Positions 9,722 to 21,996 of a stretch of DNA of 64,000 bases are shown piece by piece; positions within the stretch are counted from its first letter, which is position 1; the number at the start of each line of letters is the position of its first letter. This DNA comes from Prorocentrum cordatum (Eukaryota). The DNA lies in the NCBI GenBank assembly GCA_963575745.1, contig CAUYUJ010000002.1, forward strand, positions 992,001-1,056,000, in the 5' to 3' direction. The position numbers and the translations under genes were made by a program. The notes under the pieces were generated by a model, which worked only from the letters and a program-made list of their open reading frames with translations, ran no database searches and had not been told where the DNA came from.

Positions 9722-12014
9722 CGACTTGAGGCGGATCTCGCGGTGAGCTTGGTGGTTGTGCCTGGCTCGATGTTTGAGCCAGATCAGCTACAGGGTTGGA
9801 GATGTGGCGGGAGTCGTGGTTGGAGGAAGGCATCACTGGTTTCGAACTGCTGTAGTCGGTATGCAGGCTCCCGGGATCTCTCTGAGGTGCGAGGGCTCCT
9901 GTGGGGTCGTTTCTCTCCTTCTGAGGCCTGGAGGGATCCTTCCAAGAGAGTACGTCTTCTTTTTCAGTCGGGGCTCGGAAGGCGTCCGAGCTGAGTCCAG
10001 CTGGCAAGGCACGCGAGCTGGGAGAGAAGCTGCTCTCCGTCCCGCGCCAGTCGTTGATGTAGATCCCCCGATGGTTCTTCCCGATCCGGTGGAGCTCAGT
10101 CTCGCAGTCCAACTTCTTCAAAATGAGAAGTTCCTTCTCGTAGTCCAGCACTGCGCCGAACTGCTCGAGAAACCCGCCTGGTAAGAGTGGCGGCAGGTCC
10201 TCCTTCGTCACCACGAACTCGATGGTCCCGCTCTTGCCACCGATGGAGATGGGCACCACGGCGACTCCGACCAGCGTGGCCGAACCGCCGATACCCCGAG
10301 GTGTCTGGACGCTCTTCTCGATCCAGTTGATCCGCAGGCCTCGTTGCTGCAGATCTCCCTCGAGCTCCTTCAAAGCCCGGCGGCCTATGATAGCCTGAGA
10401 GGCACCGCTGTCCACGATGATCAGGCCGCCCTCGAGAATCAGCAGCGAGAGCTCCGTAGTCTCCGAGCTGACGATCTCCCTGAGGGTCGCCAGCACCTCC
10501 CTGCCCAGGACCGTGATGCCGTCGATGTTGAGGTCCTGGTCGTCGCCCGCGCCGATCGCTGTGAACGTGAAGGCCTCGACCTCGGCCCCTCCAGACCGAG
10601 ATTTGCCCTTGCCATCTCGCTCTCTGGGACGATGAGGATTCTTGCACTCTTTGTGCCAGTGCCCTACTTCTCCACAGTTGCCGCACTTCGTGATCAACTT
10701 CAGCTGTGTTGGGGTGAGCCGGCGCTTCTTCTTCCAGAAGCCCCGATCCCGCTTGAGCGCAGTCTTCAGCTGCTGGTTCTCCTTCCACGTCTTCTTGGTC
10801 TTGCCGATCTGTGCCAAGGTCTCGACCACCTCTGGCTCCGCGAGGCCCTTCTCGGAGAGCTCGACGAGAACCATGGCCTCGTCCTCCGAGTCCAGCTCGT
10901 CGGCCCAGTACGACCACTCGTAGATCGGCTCCTCGACCGGCCCGGTCTCTGCCCGCTGGACCTCGGGAGTTGGCAGTGCCTCCTCCGGTCCCATACTCAA
11001 TAGTGATGATTGCTTGCCGTCGCTCCAGATCTTTCCTCCGGTGTCCAGCTTGGGCAGCGCCCAGAGGATGTCCTCGCCTAGCATCGAGCCCTTCGTCAGG
11101 CTCTTGAGGTTCTGTCTGCCCTGCTCGTTGAGACGAGCTCCTTGCATCAGCAGCATGCCCTGGATCTTCTGTGGGATCTCCATCCCGATGCTCTTCGCCT
11201 TGTCAAATTGGCGTCGGCGTCGCTCTGCGAAGGTGTGCAGGTCCTCATCCTTCTTCCTCTCCGTGTCCTGCATGGCCTCGCTGCCCGTCCGGTAGAGGTC
11301 GTCGTCCTCGCGCTCACCGGACTTGAGGCCCATCCTCTTCAGTATGAGCTCGACCGTCAGCTCGCTATCCGGGACGTCCTCGAGGGTCGCCCGGATCTCC
11401 CAGGGCAGGATCTCTAGCAGTCTGTCTGCTGCCTGAGCCTCGCTCAAGTTCAGGCCGTTCTTCCAGCGCTGCACGTACTGCTTCCACAGCCTGAATCTCT
11501 CCCAGCCTGGCCAGGATGGTGCTGGCCTGGGTTGGGTCCACTGGCCCTGCCACCAGCCGCGGTCGTGCTGCCACGTGCTGCCTTGACTACCCCAGCTCTG
11601 CCACGAGTAGTCTTGATCCCAGGTCTGTTGTCGCCCGGGTCTGTCTCTCCACTCCTTCCAGGTGTCTGATGCCCTCATGGATGGTGGTGTTAGCTTGTCC
11701 TCTTCTGCCCGCGCATCCTTCGCTCTCCACTCTTCTCGCCACGGATCGTGCTCCGTCCAGGGGTCGTCGACCACGCTCCAGCCTGCTTCGTGAGATGGAG
11801 CCGCGCTCTGATCTTGACCGGCGAGCCCCTGGAGGTTAGGTGCGCCCTCAGGTGGCGCCGAGGCCGGCGCAGCCCCTGTGCCCAGCCGTATCATCTGGGC
11901 CACTCTGCCTGCAATCTTGTCGATGTCTGCGTCTGTCAGCCCTTCCCTGCCGCCTCGAGGGCTAACAAGAGCACCTCTGCTAGCTGAGGCAGCTGCGCTC
12001 GAGTGACTCATCAC
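9360..12014 (-). CDS. Gag (CCHC zinc knuckle) plus aspartic protease polyprotein
   Basis: CGNCGEVGHWHKEC at 10644-10685; IIVDSGASQAIIG around 10404-10412; GIGG flap-like and LPPLL motifs; uninterrupted frame. Confidence 0.9.
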
Positions 12015-12409
12015 CCGTCTTCAGTACTTGCACCCTCGTAGGTCGCCCTCGCCCTGCCGTAGATCTGTGAACCGTCCTCCAGCTGCGCACCCGCCCTGGG
12101 CCTCGCTTCCGGAAGTCGTTCGGTGAACCACGCTCCGCCTACCACTGTGGGCACGACGGGTTCAGGCGGCCATCGCAAGATGTACTGAAAGGGATGCCTT
12201 TGCACTCAACGCACACAGAATGGCTTGAGCCAAAGCGTCAGTCACGGCGCTGTGCACAAGCAAGCATACAACAGACACAAACACAGAAAAGCACGGATAG
12301 TCAGGACGAGAGGGAGCCATATGATTCCACATGTGGCACTGCGACGACGAAGCCAGCGAGTATGCCGAAAACGCAAGTTTTACGAAGGGAATGGGCCAAT
12401 GTGTGCCTC

Positions 12410-14520
12410 GCACGGGCCCTCTTGGGGCGCTTTGGGCGTCTTCGGGGCCTCTTCAGGCCTCCTTGACTATCTGTACGGCCCGGAGGCCTGTTGGGCTCTC
12501 CTGGAGGCGTCTTGGGGCGCGCTCAGGGCCATTTTTGGGTATCTTGGGGGCCTCTTGGGGGCCTCCGGGGAAGCTCTTGGGGGCCTCTTTGGGGCCTCTT
12601 GGGGCCTCTTGGGGCCTCGCGGGGCCCGCTGGGCTCGCTTAAGCAATCTTGAAGCCCTGTCGGGGCTCTCCTGGAACCGTCTTGGGCGGCTCCTGGGCCA
12701 TCTTGGGGCTCTCCTGGGCCGTCTTGGGACGATTTTGGGGGTCTCTTGGGCCGTCTTGGGGCGGTCTTGGGGGCCTCTTCGGCCGTCTTGGAGCGGTTTT
12801 GGGAGACTCTTGGACGGTCTTGGAGCGTCAGAACCCCGAAAAAGCGAGAAGGCCAAACACCTCTAAAACACAATACAAATCAACGATTTTGGCTTGTCGG
12901 CGCTCTCTTGGGAGGCCTCTTGGGATGCCTTCGGGGCCTCATGGAGCTCTCTTGGAACGTCTTCGGGCCTTCCTAGCCATTCCTGAGGCTATCTATGCGC
13001 GTCTTGGAGCGCTCGCGGGCCGTCTTGGGCGGTCTCGAACTGTTCCTGGTGGTCCCAGGGGCCCTCCGGGACGCTTCGGACGCTCCTAGGGCCGTTTTCT
13101 TGGACCGGCGGCGGCGGCGGTCCGAAAATCGGCTCGTCCGCACCGTCCGTTGTAAGGTTCCTCGGGGCTGTTTGGGAGCCTCGTGAAGCCTCGTTCGGGC
13201 CTCCTGGGTGCCTCTGGGGGGTCTCCTGGGGCCTCTTGTGTCCCCTTTGGGGCCTTCCGGGTCCCTGTGGAGGCGGGAGGCTCGAATTGCCGCTTCGCGG
13301 TTCCCCCCTTGGAGCCCTCTCGGTGCCGTCTTGGGCCTCTCTTCGCCCGTCTTGGGCGCGTCTTGGGCCGTCTTGGGGCCCTCCAGAGCCGTCTTGAGGG
13401 CCTCTTGGAGGCCTCTTGGGCTGTCTTGGGGCGTCCGCGGGGGGCCTGTGAGCCGTCGTGGAGCGTCGGAAAGCTGAAAAGGCGGGAAAGGCAACATGTA
13501 TCCAAAACCTGTTGTAAACAACGATTTTGGCCTCTTGGGGCCCTCTGGGGGGGCGGCCTCTTGGAGGCCTCTTGGAGCGTCTTCGGGGCCTCTTTGGCCA
13601 TCTTGGGGTTATCTTGGGGGTCTCCTGGGGACTCTTGGGGCCCGGCTCGAATTTCCGGTTCGCGATTCCCCTCTTGGGGCCCTCTTGGGGCCGTCTTGGA
13701 CCTCTCTTCGCCCGTCTTGGGCGCGTCTTGGACCACTTGGCGCCCTCCAGAGCCGTCTTGAGGCCCTCTTGGAGGCCTCTTGGGCTGTCTTGGAGCGTCT
13801 GCGGGAGGCCTGTGAGCCGTCGTGGAATGTCGGAGAGAGGAAAAGGCGGGAGAGGCAAAATGTGTCCAAAACCTTCGTAAAATTAACGATTTTGGCCTCT
13901 TGGGGCCCTCTGGGGGGGCCTCTTGGAGGCCTCTTGGAGCGTCTTCGGGGCCTCTTTGGCCGTCTTGGGTTATCTTGGGGGTCTGCTGGGGCCTCTTGGC
14001 GCCCCTTTGGGGCCTCCCGGGGCCCTGTGGAGGCGGGAGGCTGGAATTTCCGGTTCGCGGCTCCCCTCTTGGGGCCCTCTTGGGGCCGTCTTGGGCCTCT
14101 CTTCGCCCGTCTTGGGCGCGTCTTGGACCGTCTTGGGGCCCTCCCGAGCCGTCTTGAGGGCCTCTTGGAGGCCTCTTGGGCTGTCTTGGGGCGTCTACGG
14201 GAGGCCTGTGAGCCGTCGTGGAGCGTCGGAAAGCTGAAAAGGCGGGAAAGGCAACATGTGTCCAAAACCTTCGTAAAATGCACGATTTTGGCCTCTGGGG
14301 GCTCTCTGGGGGGACCTCTTGGAGGCCTCTTGGAGCGTCTTGGGAGCCTCTTTGGCCGTCTTGGGTTTATCTTGGGCATCTTGGGGCCCTCTTGGCGCCC
14401 TCATGGGCCTCTTGGAGCCTGCTGGGCCTTTCGCGGAGCGCTCTTGGGGCACTCTTGGGCCGGACAAGGGCGCTCCCGGAGGCCCGATCCCCCCATGGGG
14501 GGTTGCGGTGTTGGCCAGGG
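12410..14520. repeat. GC-rich satellite of about 10-bp GGGCC(G)TCTTG units with 360-400-bp higher-order repeat
   Basis: The block TGTGAGCCGTCGTGGA..GTCGGA.AG..GAAAAGGCGGGA.AGGCAA.ATGT.TCCAAAACC recurs near 13448, 13811 and 14207. Related short pieces occur at about 29790-29915 and 43915-44010. Confidence 0.9.
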
Positions 14521-14540
14521 AGCCCCCGGCCCTGTAGCGG

Positions 14541-14541
14541 T

Positions 14542-14602
<61 letters not shown>

Positions 14603-14607
14603 CATAT
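14541..14607. repeat. (TA)n microsatellite
   Basis: Direct reading; it terminates the GC-rich satellite. Confidence 0.95.
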
Positions 14608-14767
14608 CACCACAGGATTCGCCACGTTCCTGGATGTTCGTCTCCCCCTCCGCCTCCCACATCTTCAATGCAACCGAAGATTATTTGTGTCTGTGTGCTT
14701 CTTGTCCTCCTGTGAGACGCCAGCCTGCACCGATCCTGGCCAGGCTCATCCTGGGCCCAGGGGCGAG

Positions 14768-14929
14768 TCGGCGGTGGACAATCCTCCCTTTGGTAAACCA
14801 CCCTCCAATGAAAACGGCCTAGGACCGAAACCGACGGACCTGGACCCGCAAGAATGACGGGCTCTCGCGAACCGAAAACGGCCAATTCGCCAATCGACGT
14901 GTCAGGGTAGGAGGTCTATCAACCTCCGA
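14768..14929. mobile_element. MITE family B (about 165 bp, 20-bp TIR, 5-bp TSD)
   Basis: TIR TCGGCGGTGGACAATCCTCC / GGAGGTCTATCAACCTCCGA, flanked by GCGAG on both sides. Other copies at 37888-38059 and 56746-56916. Confidence 0.85.
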
Positions 14930-15829
14930 GCGAGGCATAATGGGCCCGGCACTGGCCGGGCCAGCGAGCTGCTGGATCTCCACCCAACACTCGCCAGGTA
15001 AATCTCGCGACTAGTCTCTGAGACAAAGCCAGAACTGTGCGAGGACAAGTCGGGAAATCTCTGAGATCTGGCGGTTCTATAAGATACATCAAGCGCCGCG
15101 GCCCTCTCAGAGCGTTCCGGAACGCTCTGGGAGCGTTCTGGGACGCTCTGGGACGGGTTTCTCCTCGTCCTAGCCCCGCCCGAGTCCCTCGCACACACTT
15201 CGCTCGCAACATGCAGATGAAACATGTCAGGTATCTGGAGGAAGCGCGTGGCCGATAGCTTCGTCCGCGCCAGCGTGCAGCACAGCTGCTGTCCGCCCGG
15301 GGAGGGCAGTGTCTGGGCGGGGGCACGGGGTAGGGAGGGGTGCGAGGGAGCGGGGCGCTCCTCCCTCGAGGGGGGCGAGGGAAGGGGGGGCGAGGGAGGG
15401 GGGGCGAGGGAGGGGGGTAGGAGTGGGGGGGGGGAGGGCAAGGGAGGGGGGAAGGAGGGCAGTGCTTAGGCGGGGGGGGGGCAGAGAGGGAAATCCAATC
15501 GGCCGCGCGCCGAGGGGGGAAGTGAGAGGAAGCAGGCCGTCTCGAATGCGGCGGGGCTTCTTAGAAACCTGCCAGCCTTCTGAGAAGTCGTCGCTGTCTT
15601 CGGGGAAGGCTTGTCAACGAAGAACAACGGCATGAACGTAAACTGTTGGCGCTCCGCCCGGAGCGCCAAAAGTTTATGCTTATGTAATTGTTATTATTTT
15701 ATCATTTCGGGGGGTAAGCTCGAGGCGTTCCGATGTTCGAGGGTTTCCGGATATTCTCGAGGCTCAGGAGGGACTAACCAGGAGCAACTTCAGGGGCTTC
15801 CAGGCTCAAAGTGTTCGGGGAAGGTTTTT

Positions 15830-16050
15830 TTGAGTCCCGAAACGGTGCGGTGACAGACCGTGCGGTGACCTCGAAATCCCCCAAGACCTCACCGCACGGT
15901 CCGTCAACGCACGGCTTTGGGACCCCGGAGGCCCGAGTCGCCCGAGACATCCTCGGAGAACGACCCGGGTCCCAAAACCGTGCGGTGACCCCGAATCCCC
16001 ACCGACTCACCACACGGTGTGTGGTCACCACCCCGTTTGGGGGCCCCCGA
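15830..16050. repeat. Dispersed repeat family A with long hairpin
   Basis: GTGCGGTGACAGACCGTGCGGTGA-N20-reverse complement, then ACCACACGGTGTGGT. Related copies at about 19980-20095, 30405-30560 and 42770-42980. Confidence 0.85.
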
Positions 16051-16249
16051 GATCTGGGAAGCTGATCAGCAGACCGGGTGGAGATCCGAGTCTTCCGAGG
16101 AGGCCCACGGCCTCTGCCTTCCCCTCAGGGGTGCACCGCCGATCCCAAGCGGCTCGGCGGGAAGGGCGAAGGAGAATGGGGGGCCCGGGCGAGCGCACAG
16201 AAAGGCGTCCGAGTACACGAACGCCCACCCTTGAGACCTGAGATCGAAG

Positions 16250-16385
16250 AAGACGAGAAGACGAGACAGCATAAACATACTTTTGGCGCTCCGCGCGGAT
16301 TTCTTGGATCCGCGCTGGGCCCCCCTCGCGGCGCCTCCAGCGCCGCCCCTGGCGCGCTCCGCGCGCCAAAAAAGGAAATCCGTCT
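16250..16385. repeat. Dispersed palindromic repeat family F
   Basis: TCCGCG.GGATTTCTTGGATC...AAGAAATCCGCGCGGA arms. Related copies at about 23690-23875, 29350-29486 (continuing at 30265-30300) and 35840-35990. Confidence 0.7.
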
Positions 16386-17580
16386 TACGTATCTGCGCAC
16401 TAACGCGTGGCCCGTCTGGACCGTCTCACGTATCTTCCCACTGACGCGCGGCCCGTCTGGACCGCTACGCCTTCTTGCTCCGACGGCCTCCCGTGACTAT
16501 TCCGGGTATGACTTCAACGCTGCCATTCCGGTGGGTCTTGGACTCGACGATGTCGCGCTAGTGGCCATACGGCTGGGACAGCAACCCCTCTAAGTAGATC
16601 CAGCGCGACGGACACCAGCAGAATGACGGTGGCCAGCACAACGGACACCAGCAGCACGATGAGCGACATCACCCGCAGCATCATGGCACGTAAGACGCCG
16701 CTCCAGCCTCGTGCTCATGAGGACATGGCGGGGGGGAACTATCCTGCCCCCCCGCACTTGATGTACAAGTGACGTAAGGTGGGCTCACGGGGAGGGCACG
16801 CAACAGTGGCAGCAAGCAGCAGCTCCCAGAAGCAGCGTGACCAGCTCGACGATGTCACCAAGGCCAGCGGGACGTCGTGGACGACGACCGAAGACTTTCG
16901 CACCGAGGGGAGGTGGTGGTCCCCCCCTCCTCCTCGTCCTCCACCTCCAGCTCCTCCTCCTGCCTCCTCTACGAATCTTAAACATTGAGCGATAACTCGT
17001 GGCCATGAAACGTTGATGGACGTGCTCAACATGCCGACTTCGAAAGGCCCACAATGTGTTAAAGCACTCTGACGCCCAGAGAAACACAGTCTGCGAACAC
17101 CTCCTTGGGATTCGGCGCCCATTCACCTGGTGCGGGCTCCAGGAATTAGGACGCTGCAAACGGGTACGGAAACACTGGATACGATGCCCAACAGCGAAGT
17201 CCAAAACAACAGCGGCCGCTGTGGAGCAGGCGCGCTCGCGTCTCAAGTGGACGACGTGCGCGGCGACACCGACAGCGAATCCGGTCCAAAACGAGCAGGA
17301 GCTGCTGCCAGTCTTCGCAGCCATTCTTTCCGTGCCAATTTCGATCGCACCGATCAGTCCTCCCTGCCGCCTCTTCTTGCTCTTCTGAAAGGGAACGGTA
17401 GGGGGGGTGGGGCCGACTCAGGGGGGGGGGACATTGACTTGGAATCGGCGATACCATGTCGAAAGACCAGAGATGTCCCCCCCCCCTCCAATAGCAACTC
17501 CGCACGGTCCTGGGCGGGGTGGGCTATCGGGCCCATCGGCGATCAGTGAGCGATTGGGGGTCGATGCAGAGCCCCTGAGC

Positions 17581-17773
17581 TCGGGGGCCCGCAAACATGG
17601 ATTAGCGATCTATGGATTTGGCGCGCGGTCGCCAAATCCACGGATCGGAGGAAGGGCCCTCCCCAAAATGCGGCCCGTGCCGCCTCGCTCGGCGTCGGAA
17701 ATCCGCGATGCCCCATGAAAACGGGACCCGTCGCTGATCCACGCCCCCTTGATCCATGTTTGTGATCGCCTGA
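17581..17773. mobile_element. MITE family K (about 195 bp, TIR, 5-bp TSD)
   Basis: TCGGGGGCCCGCAAACATGGAT...ATCCATGTTTGTGATCGCCTGA, flanked by TGAGC on both sides. Second copy at 52878-53073. Confidence 0.85.
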
Positions 17774-18977
17774 TGAGCCTGTCCCCCTCCCCGAGAGATA
17801 CCCCGTGGCTGTCGGGCCACAGCTCGGCTCTGCGGCGGCCGTTCGGGACGATCCGGGCACCCCTGGAACGCTGCCGGCGAGGCGAGGCTGGAAGACCGCC
17901 GAGGAACCGACGGGAACGCCCGAATACCTGGAACCTGGAAGCCCCTGCGCCCATCCCCCTGATCGACGCACCACCCCTAAAGCTGCCCCCAATCCCGGGA
18001 GGAGGAGGGAGGAGGAGGAGGAGGAGGAGGAGGAGGGAGGTGGAGGAGGAGGAGGAGGAGGAGGAGGAGGAGGAGGAAGAGGAGGAGGAGGAGGAGGAGG
18101 AGGAGGAGGAGGAGGAGGAGGAGGAGGAGGAGGAGGTCCTGAACCTCGAACCTCGGACGTTGCCCTGGGTCCCCCCCAACGTTGCCCCGGCTCCGAAAAC
18201 CTCGACCCTCGAACGCCTTGAGCCCACCCCTCCCCCAATTCGACTGACCCGGGTCCATCCAGACCAGGGTCAGTCAGGCTATGCAGGATCCGGCAAAATC
18301 CTGCAGGATCCTCCGCACCCAAACCCGGGTCAGTGCGCCCCTGGCCCCGCAGGAGCCTGCGAGATCCAGCGCTCCGACTGACCCCCGTTTGCATTCACCC
18401 CCCATCTCTGGACCCCCCCCCCAGCGTTGCCCCCGACTCCTCCCCCGGCGGCCGGCGCCGTCCTGCCCGTCTCCCCACTTGCTCTGCCCCTCGACGCCCC
18501 AGCGCTGCAGCGTCGCCCCCGCCTCGCGGCCCTCGTCCTCGCGCGCGCGCGCGCTCGGAAGCGCCGCTGCCGCGCGCGGGTCGCCCCAGGCCTCGGCGGC
18601 GAGCCCCGGGGGGGGGGACACCGAGGGGGCGGGCCTCCTCAGAGGGCTCGGCAGGCCTCGGGCCTTCCATAGAGCTTTCTCAGAGGGCAGAAAAACCACC
18701 CTCAGAATGAGCGCCCCGACGAGCAAAACGCACGCACCCAGCGAAGGGATCGAACAGGGCTGGGCTGTGCAATAAACGCCCCATGCTTTTTGGTAAACGC
18801 CCACTGGTGATCGGGGTGATTTTTTTGGTCGTCCTCCCTTGCTCTCTGAGCCTCCTCCGCAGACAGAGTGGGCCTCTCAGCAGGCCGGAGGGCTCCTGAG
18901 GCGCCCCGCCGCCTTCTGAGCGGGCCTGCCCCCTCTCACCTCCGCCCCCCCCCAGACGCGCCGCCGACTTCCGCGAT

Positions 18978-19057
18978 GCGTGTGCGTGTGTGTGTGTGTG
19001 TGTGTGCGTGTGTGTGTGTGTGTGTGCGTGTGTGTGTGTGTGTGTGCGTGTGTGTGT
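18978..19057. repeat. (TG)n microsatellite with CG variants
   Basis: Direct reading. Confidence 0.95.
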
Positions 19058-19734
19058 TTGTTTTCTTTCTTTGTTTTCAGTCGCGGCGACCGTGGGGGAA
19101 CAAACGCACCATCGATTGGCTGCTGCGTGTTGGCTGCTGCGTGTTGGAGGAAATGGTACGTTTGCGCCTCCCCATGCTGTGCTGCTGCGCGGGCCGTTGG
19201 CAAACCGATCATGGGCGCGTCTGCACAAACAACAACTTGCGCAGTCCCAAACCTGGATAACGGAGCAGTCTTGTGACGAACACGAGCAATCTGAGACACA
19301 CCTGCAAGCTTGTGGGATACGCTTGCAAGGAACCTCGGAATGTCACCCGGGAAGCGTGCAAGCTTGAAGAAGGAGCTGCGTGCGAGCCTGCGAAGCGCTG
19401 CCCAAAAACCTCGCAAACGCTTGCGGCACACGTGTTGGGAACGAGTAGGGAAGTGCTTCCCGGACACGCTGTAACTTCTGGCAAGGCGCTGCGGCGCTCT
19501 TTGACTGGCAACCGTGGAGGGGAGCTGGCCTACACCTGCCTGCTGGCTTCTAACCTGAAAGCCTCTCCAAGAGCTATCCATGCACTATCCGTGGACGTGC
19601 CTGCACAAAAAACAACAACCGATTCCGCCACTCCCTGGATCTCTCCTGGGGTGCGCCCTGAACAGAACCTCGATGATCATCCAGATGTGGCGACGACGAA
19701 TCTGCAGGACGAGCAGCGACACAGTCGAACCTGG

Positions 19735-19905
19735 GGAAGAATAACATCCCTCAAGAACACAAGGCCCTCCGCTGGCCAAAGCACACTCAACATTCAAGCG
19801 TACCCTCCCCAGGGTGCACAAGAACATCCAACAAACAGAAATAACATTAGGATACCCTCCCCGAACCGACCTCGATCTTATACCTCGTTCTGACTGCATC
19901 GGTAC
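19735..19905. repeat. Dispersed repeat family C (A/C-rich), probably the same element as family A
   Basis: TCAAGAACA..AG.CCCTCCG..GGCCAAA...AACAT.CAAG...CCCTCCCCGAAC.GAC also at about 24760-24915 and 41660-41820. It precedes family A sequence at 19.9 kb and at 42.7 kb. Confidence 0.8.
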
Positions 19906-21309
19906 AGTCATCCCGCATAAGAAGGACGCACGATAAGGATGCGAGGGCCTTGGAAGGCCATGTCGACACTTTGCGGGCCTTTGGACCTCGGAGGCCCCGG
20001 CAGTCCGAGACGTCCTCGGAGGACGACCCGAGTTCGAAAATCCCTGCGGTGACCCCGAGTCCCCACTGACTCACCACGTGGTGTGGTCGCAACACCTGTT
20101 GCAGGTCGCCTAGCCCTGCCCCACGAGCAAGCTCAAGTTCCAACGCGTTGACGTAACTGCACCCACACTTCGCTCTTCAAGAAAGAGCTGGGAACCCTGC
20201 GGGGGCCCTGGAATCTTCCAGACGCCCCCCCGCGCGTTGGAACCTGCCTGTAATCCTACGGGCGCCCTTCCAACCTTATGGGAACCTTGGTGGGCCCGCG
20301 GGGGAGGAGGCTGAGGACTTGAAGTGATATGGCTTCAGGGGCGCCTTAACTCCATGTGATATAGCCTGCGGCCATCTCCACCCCAGGGTTGGCAGGGGGA
20401 CCTGCGCCACAGTAGGCCACCCTAGGGGTGACAGGGAGAATTGGACCTCTCCAGAGCCCAACAACTTCAACTTCTCGTTGGATCGAGGGAAGACGCTTGT
20501 CAGACCTAAGTGTCCAATGGGATCGCACGACACGCGCACTCCATGCGCGCGATCCCTTCAGCGAAAACTGCTTTAACAATTTTAACGCCAGCTGCGCCGC
20601 ACCGTCCCCGTGTTATTTGCAGCGCCTTGCGTGGCGTGGGGGGATAACGGATGGGACGGTACGCCTAAAATCTGGGTAGTTGCAAGTTCCCGTGCTGACG
20701 ATTCGTGGTCGTGCGGAGAGGGAGGCGAAGGAGGCGGAGGAGGAGGCGATGGAGAAGGAGGAGGATGAGGAGGCCGAGGAGGAGTAGGCGGAAGAGGCGG
20801 AGGAGGAGGCGGAGGAGTAATTTGGGCGTCGTTCCGCCGTTCGGTCGTTCCTCCTCCTGCTCCTCCTCCCGCTTTACGTTTTGCTTGCAACTCTCTGGCT
20901 TGTCGGCCGCCCTGGACCCACGGCCCCAGTCGCTCGTAGCGACAGGCCGGCCGCCAGCGCCAGGAGGAGGCGAAGGACTGGATGGGACTGGAGCTCCGGG
21001 AATCCACGACAAGTCACCCAGCCAATCGAAAGGCCCGCGCGGACTCCGTGACAGCGAAGGTGTGCTGGATTCTCAGACGCGGTTCCTGCCCCTTGTCTCC
21101 CCAGCCTCCACCTCGGCCCCCCTTGCAGCCAATTCTCCCCCTCCTGCTCTGCTCCCCTTCTTCGTTCCGTAGTCCTCATCCCTCCACCCTCCAACTTCTC
21201 GCTCGTCTCATCTCCCACTCCCTCCACGCCCTATTCTGGCTCTTACGCCTTCTGCGGAGTTCTCATTCGCCTCGTCCCACCTCCTCCTCCTCCTCCTCCT
21301 TCTCCTCAT

Positions 21310-21723
21310 CCCTTGTTATTTCACATCCTCATCATATTCCTCTTTCTCGTCCTCATCCTCATCATCAGCATCATCGTCATCGTCGTCCTCCCCCTGTTCT
21401 CCTACTTCCACTCACACATGCCATCATCCTGCTCGTCCTCCTCATACCCGTGGCCGCCGTCGTCGTCGTCGTCGTCGTCGTACGCCTCCTATCTCATTAT
21501 TTACATGCCCATTACCCTCCCCTCATTATCCTCATCCTCCTCATCACCACCAGCATCACCATCACCATCATCATCACCACAACCCATCACCATCAACACC
21601 CGCATCGCCATACTCATAACCATCATGATTACAAACATCATCACCATCACCATCATCATCACCGGCATCACCATCATCGTCGTTATCTTAGTCGTCGTCA
21701 CCACCACCACCACCACCACCACC

Positions 21724-21787
<64 letters not shown>

Positions 21788-21960
21788 CACTCATCATCAC
21801 ACTCATCATCACAGTCGTCGTCGGCGTCGTCCGTCCGTCGTCGTCCGTCGTCGTCGTGGTCGTCGTCGTCTTCCGTCGTCTTCGTCGTCGTCGTCGTCGA
21901 CGTCGTCGTCCGTCGTCGCCGTTGTCGTCGTCGTCGCCGTCGTCGTCCGTCGCCCGTCGT

Positions 21961-21996
<36 letters not shown>

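Larger units (their letters stand above)
4198..12331 (-). mobile_element. Ty1/copia-order LTR retrotransposon (gag-PR-MTase-like-INT), 3'-truncated
   Basis: CCHC knuckle, DSG aspartic protease, C5-MTase-like block, and HHCC+DDE integrase in that order, with no RT between PR and INT. No RT/RNase H follows the integrase. The 5' boundary is approximate (TGTGGAATC at 12331 is a possible LTR start). Confidence 0.85.

Noticed and set aside
12225..14857. Multiple long overlapping ORFs on both strands
   Set aside because: Stop-poor GC-rich satellite with no domain content.
19230..19600. Possible LINE C-terminal remnant on the minus strand
   Set aside because: Only a vague resemblance, with no motif strong enough to call.
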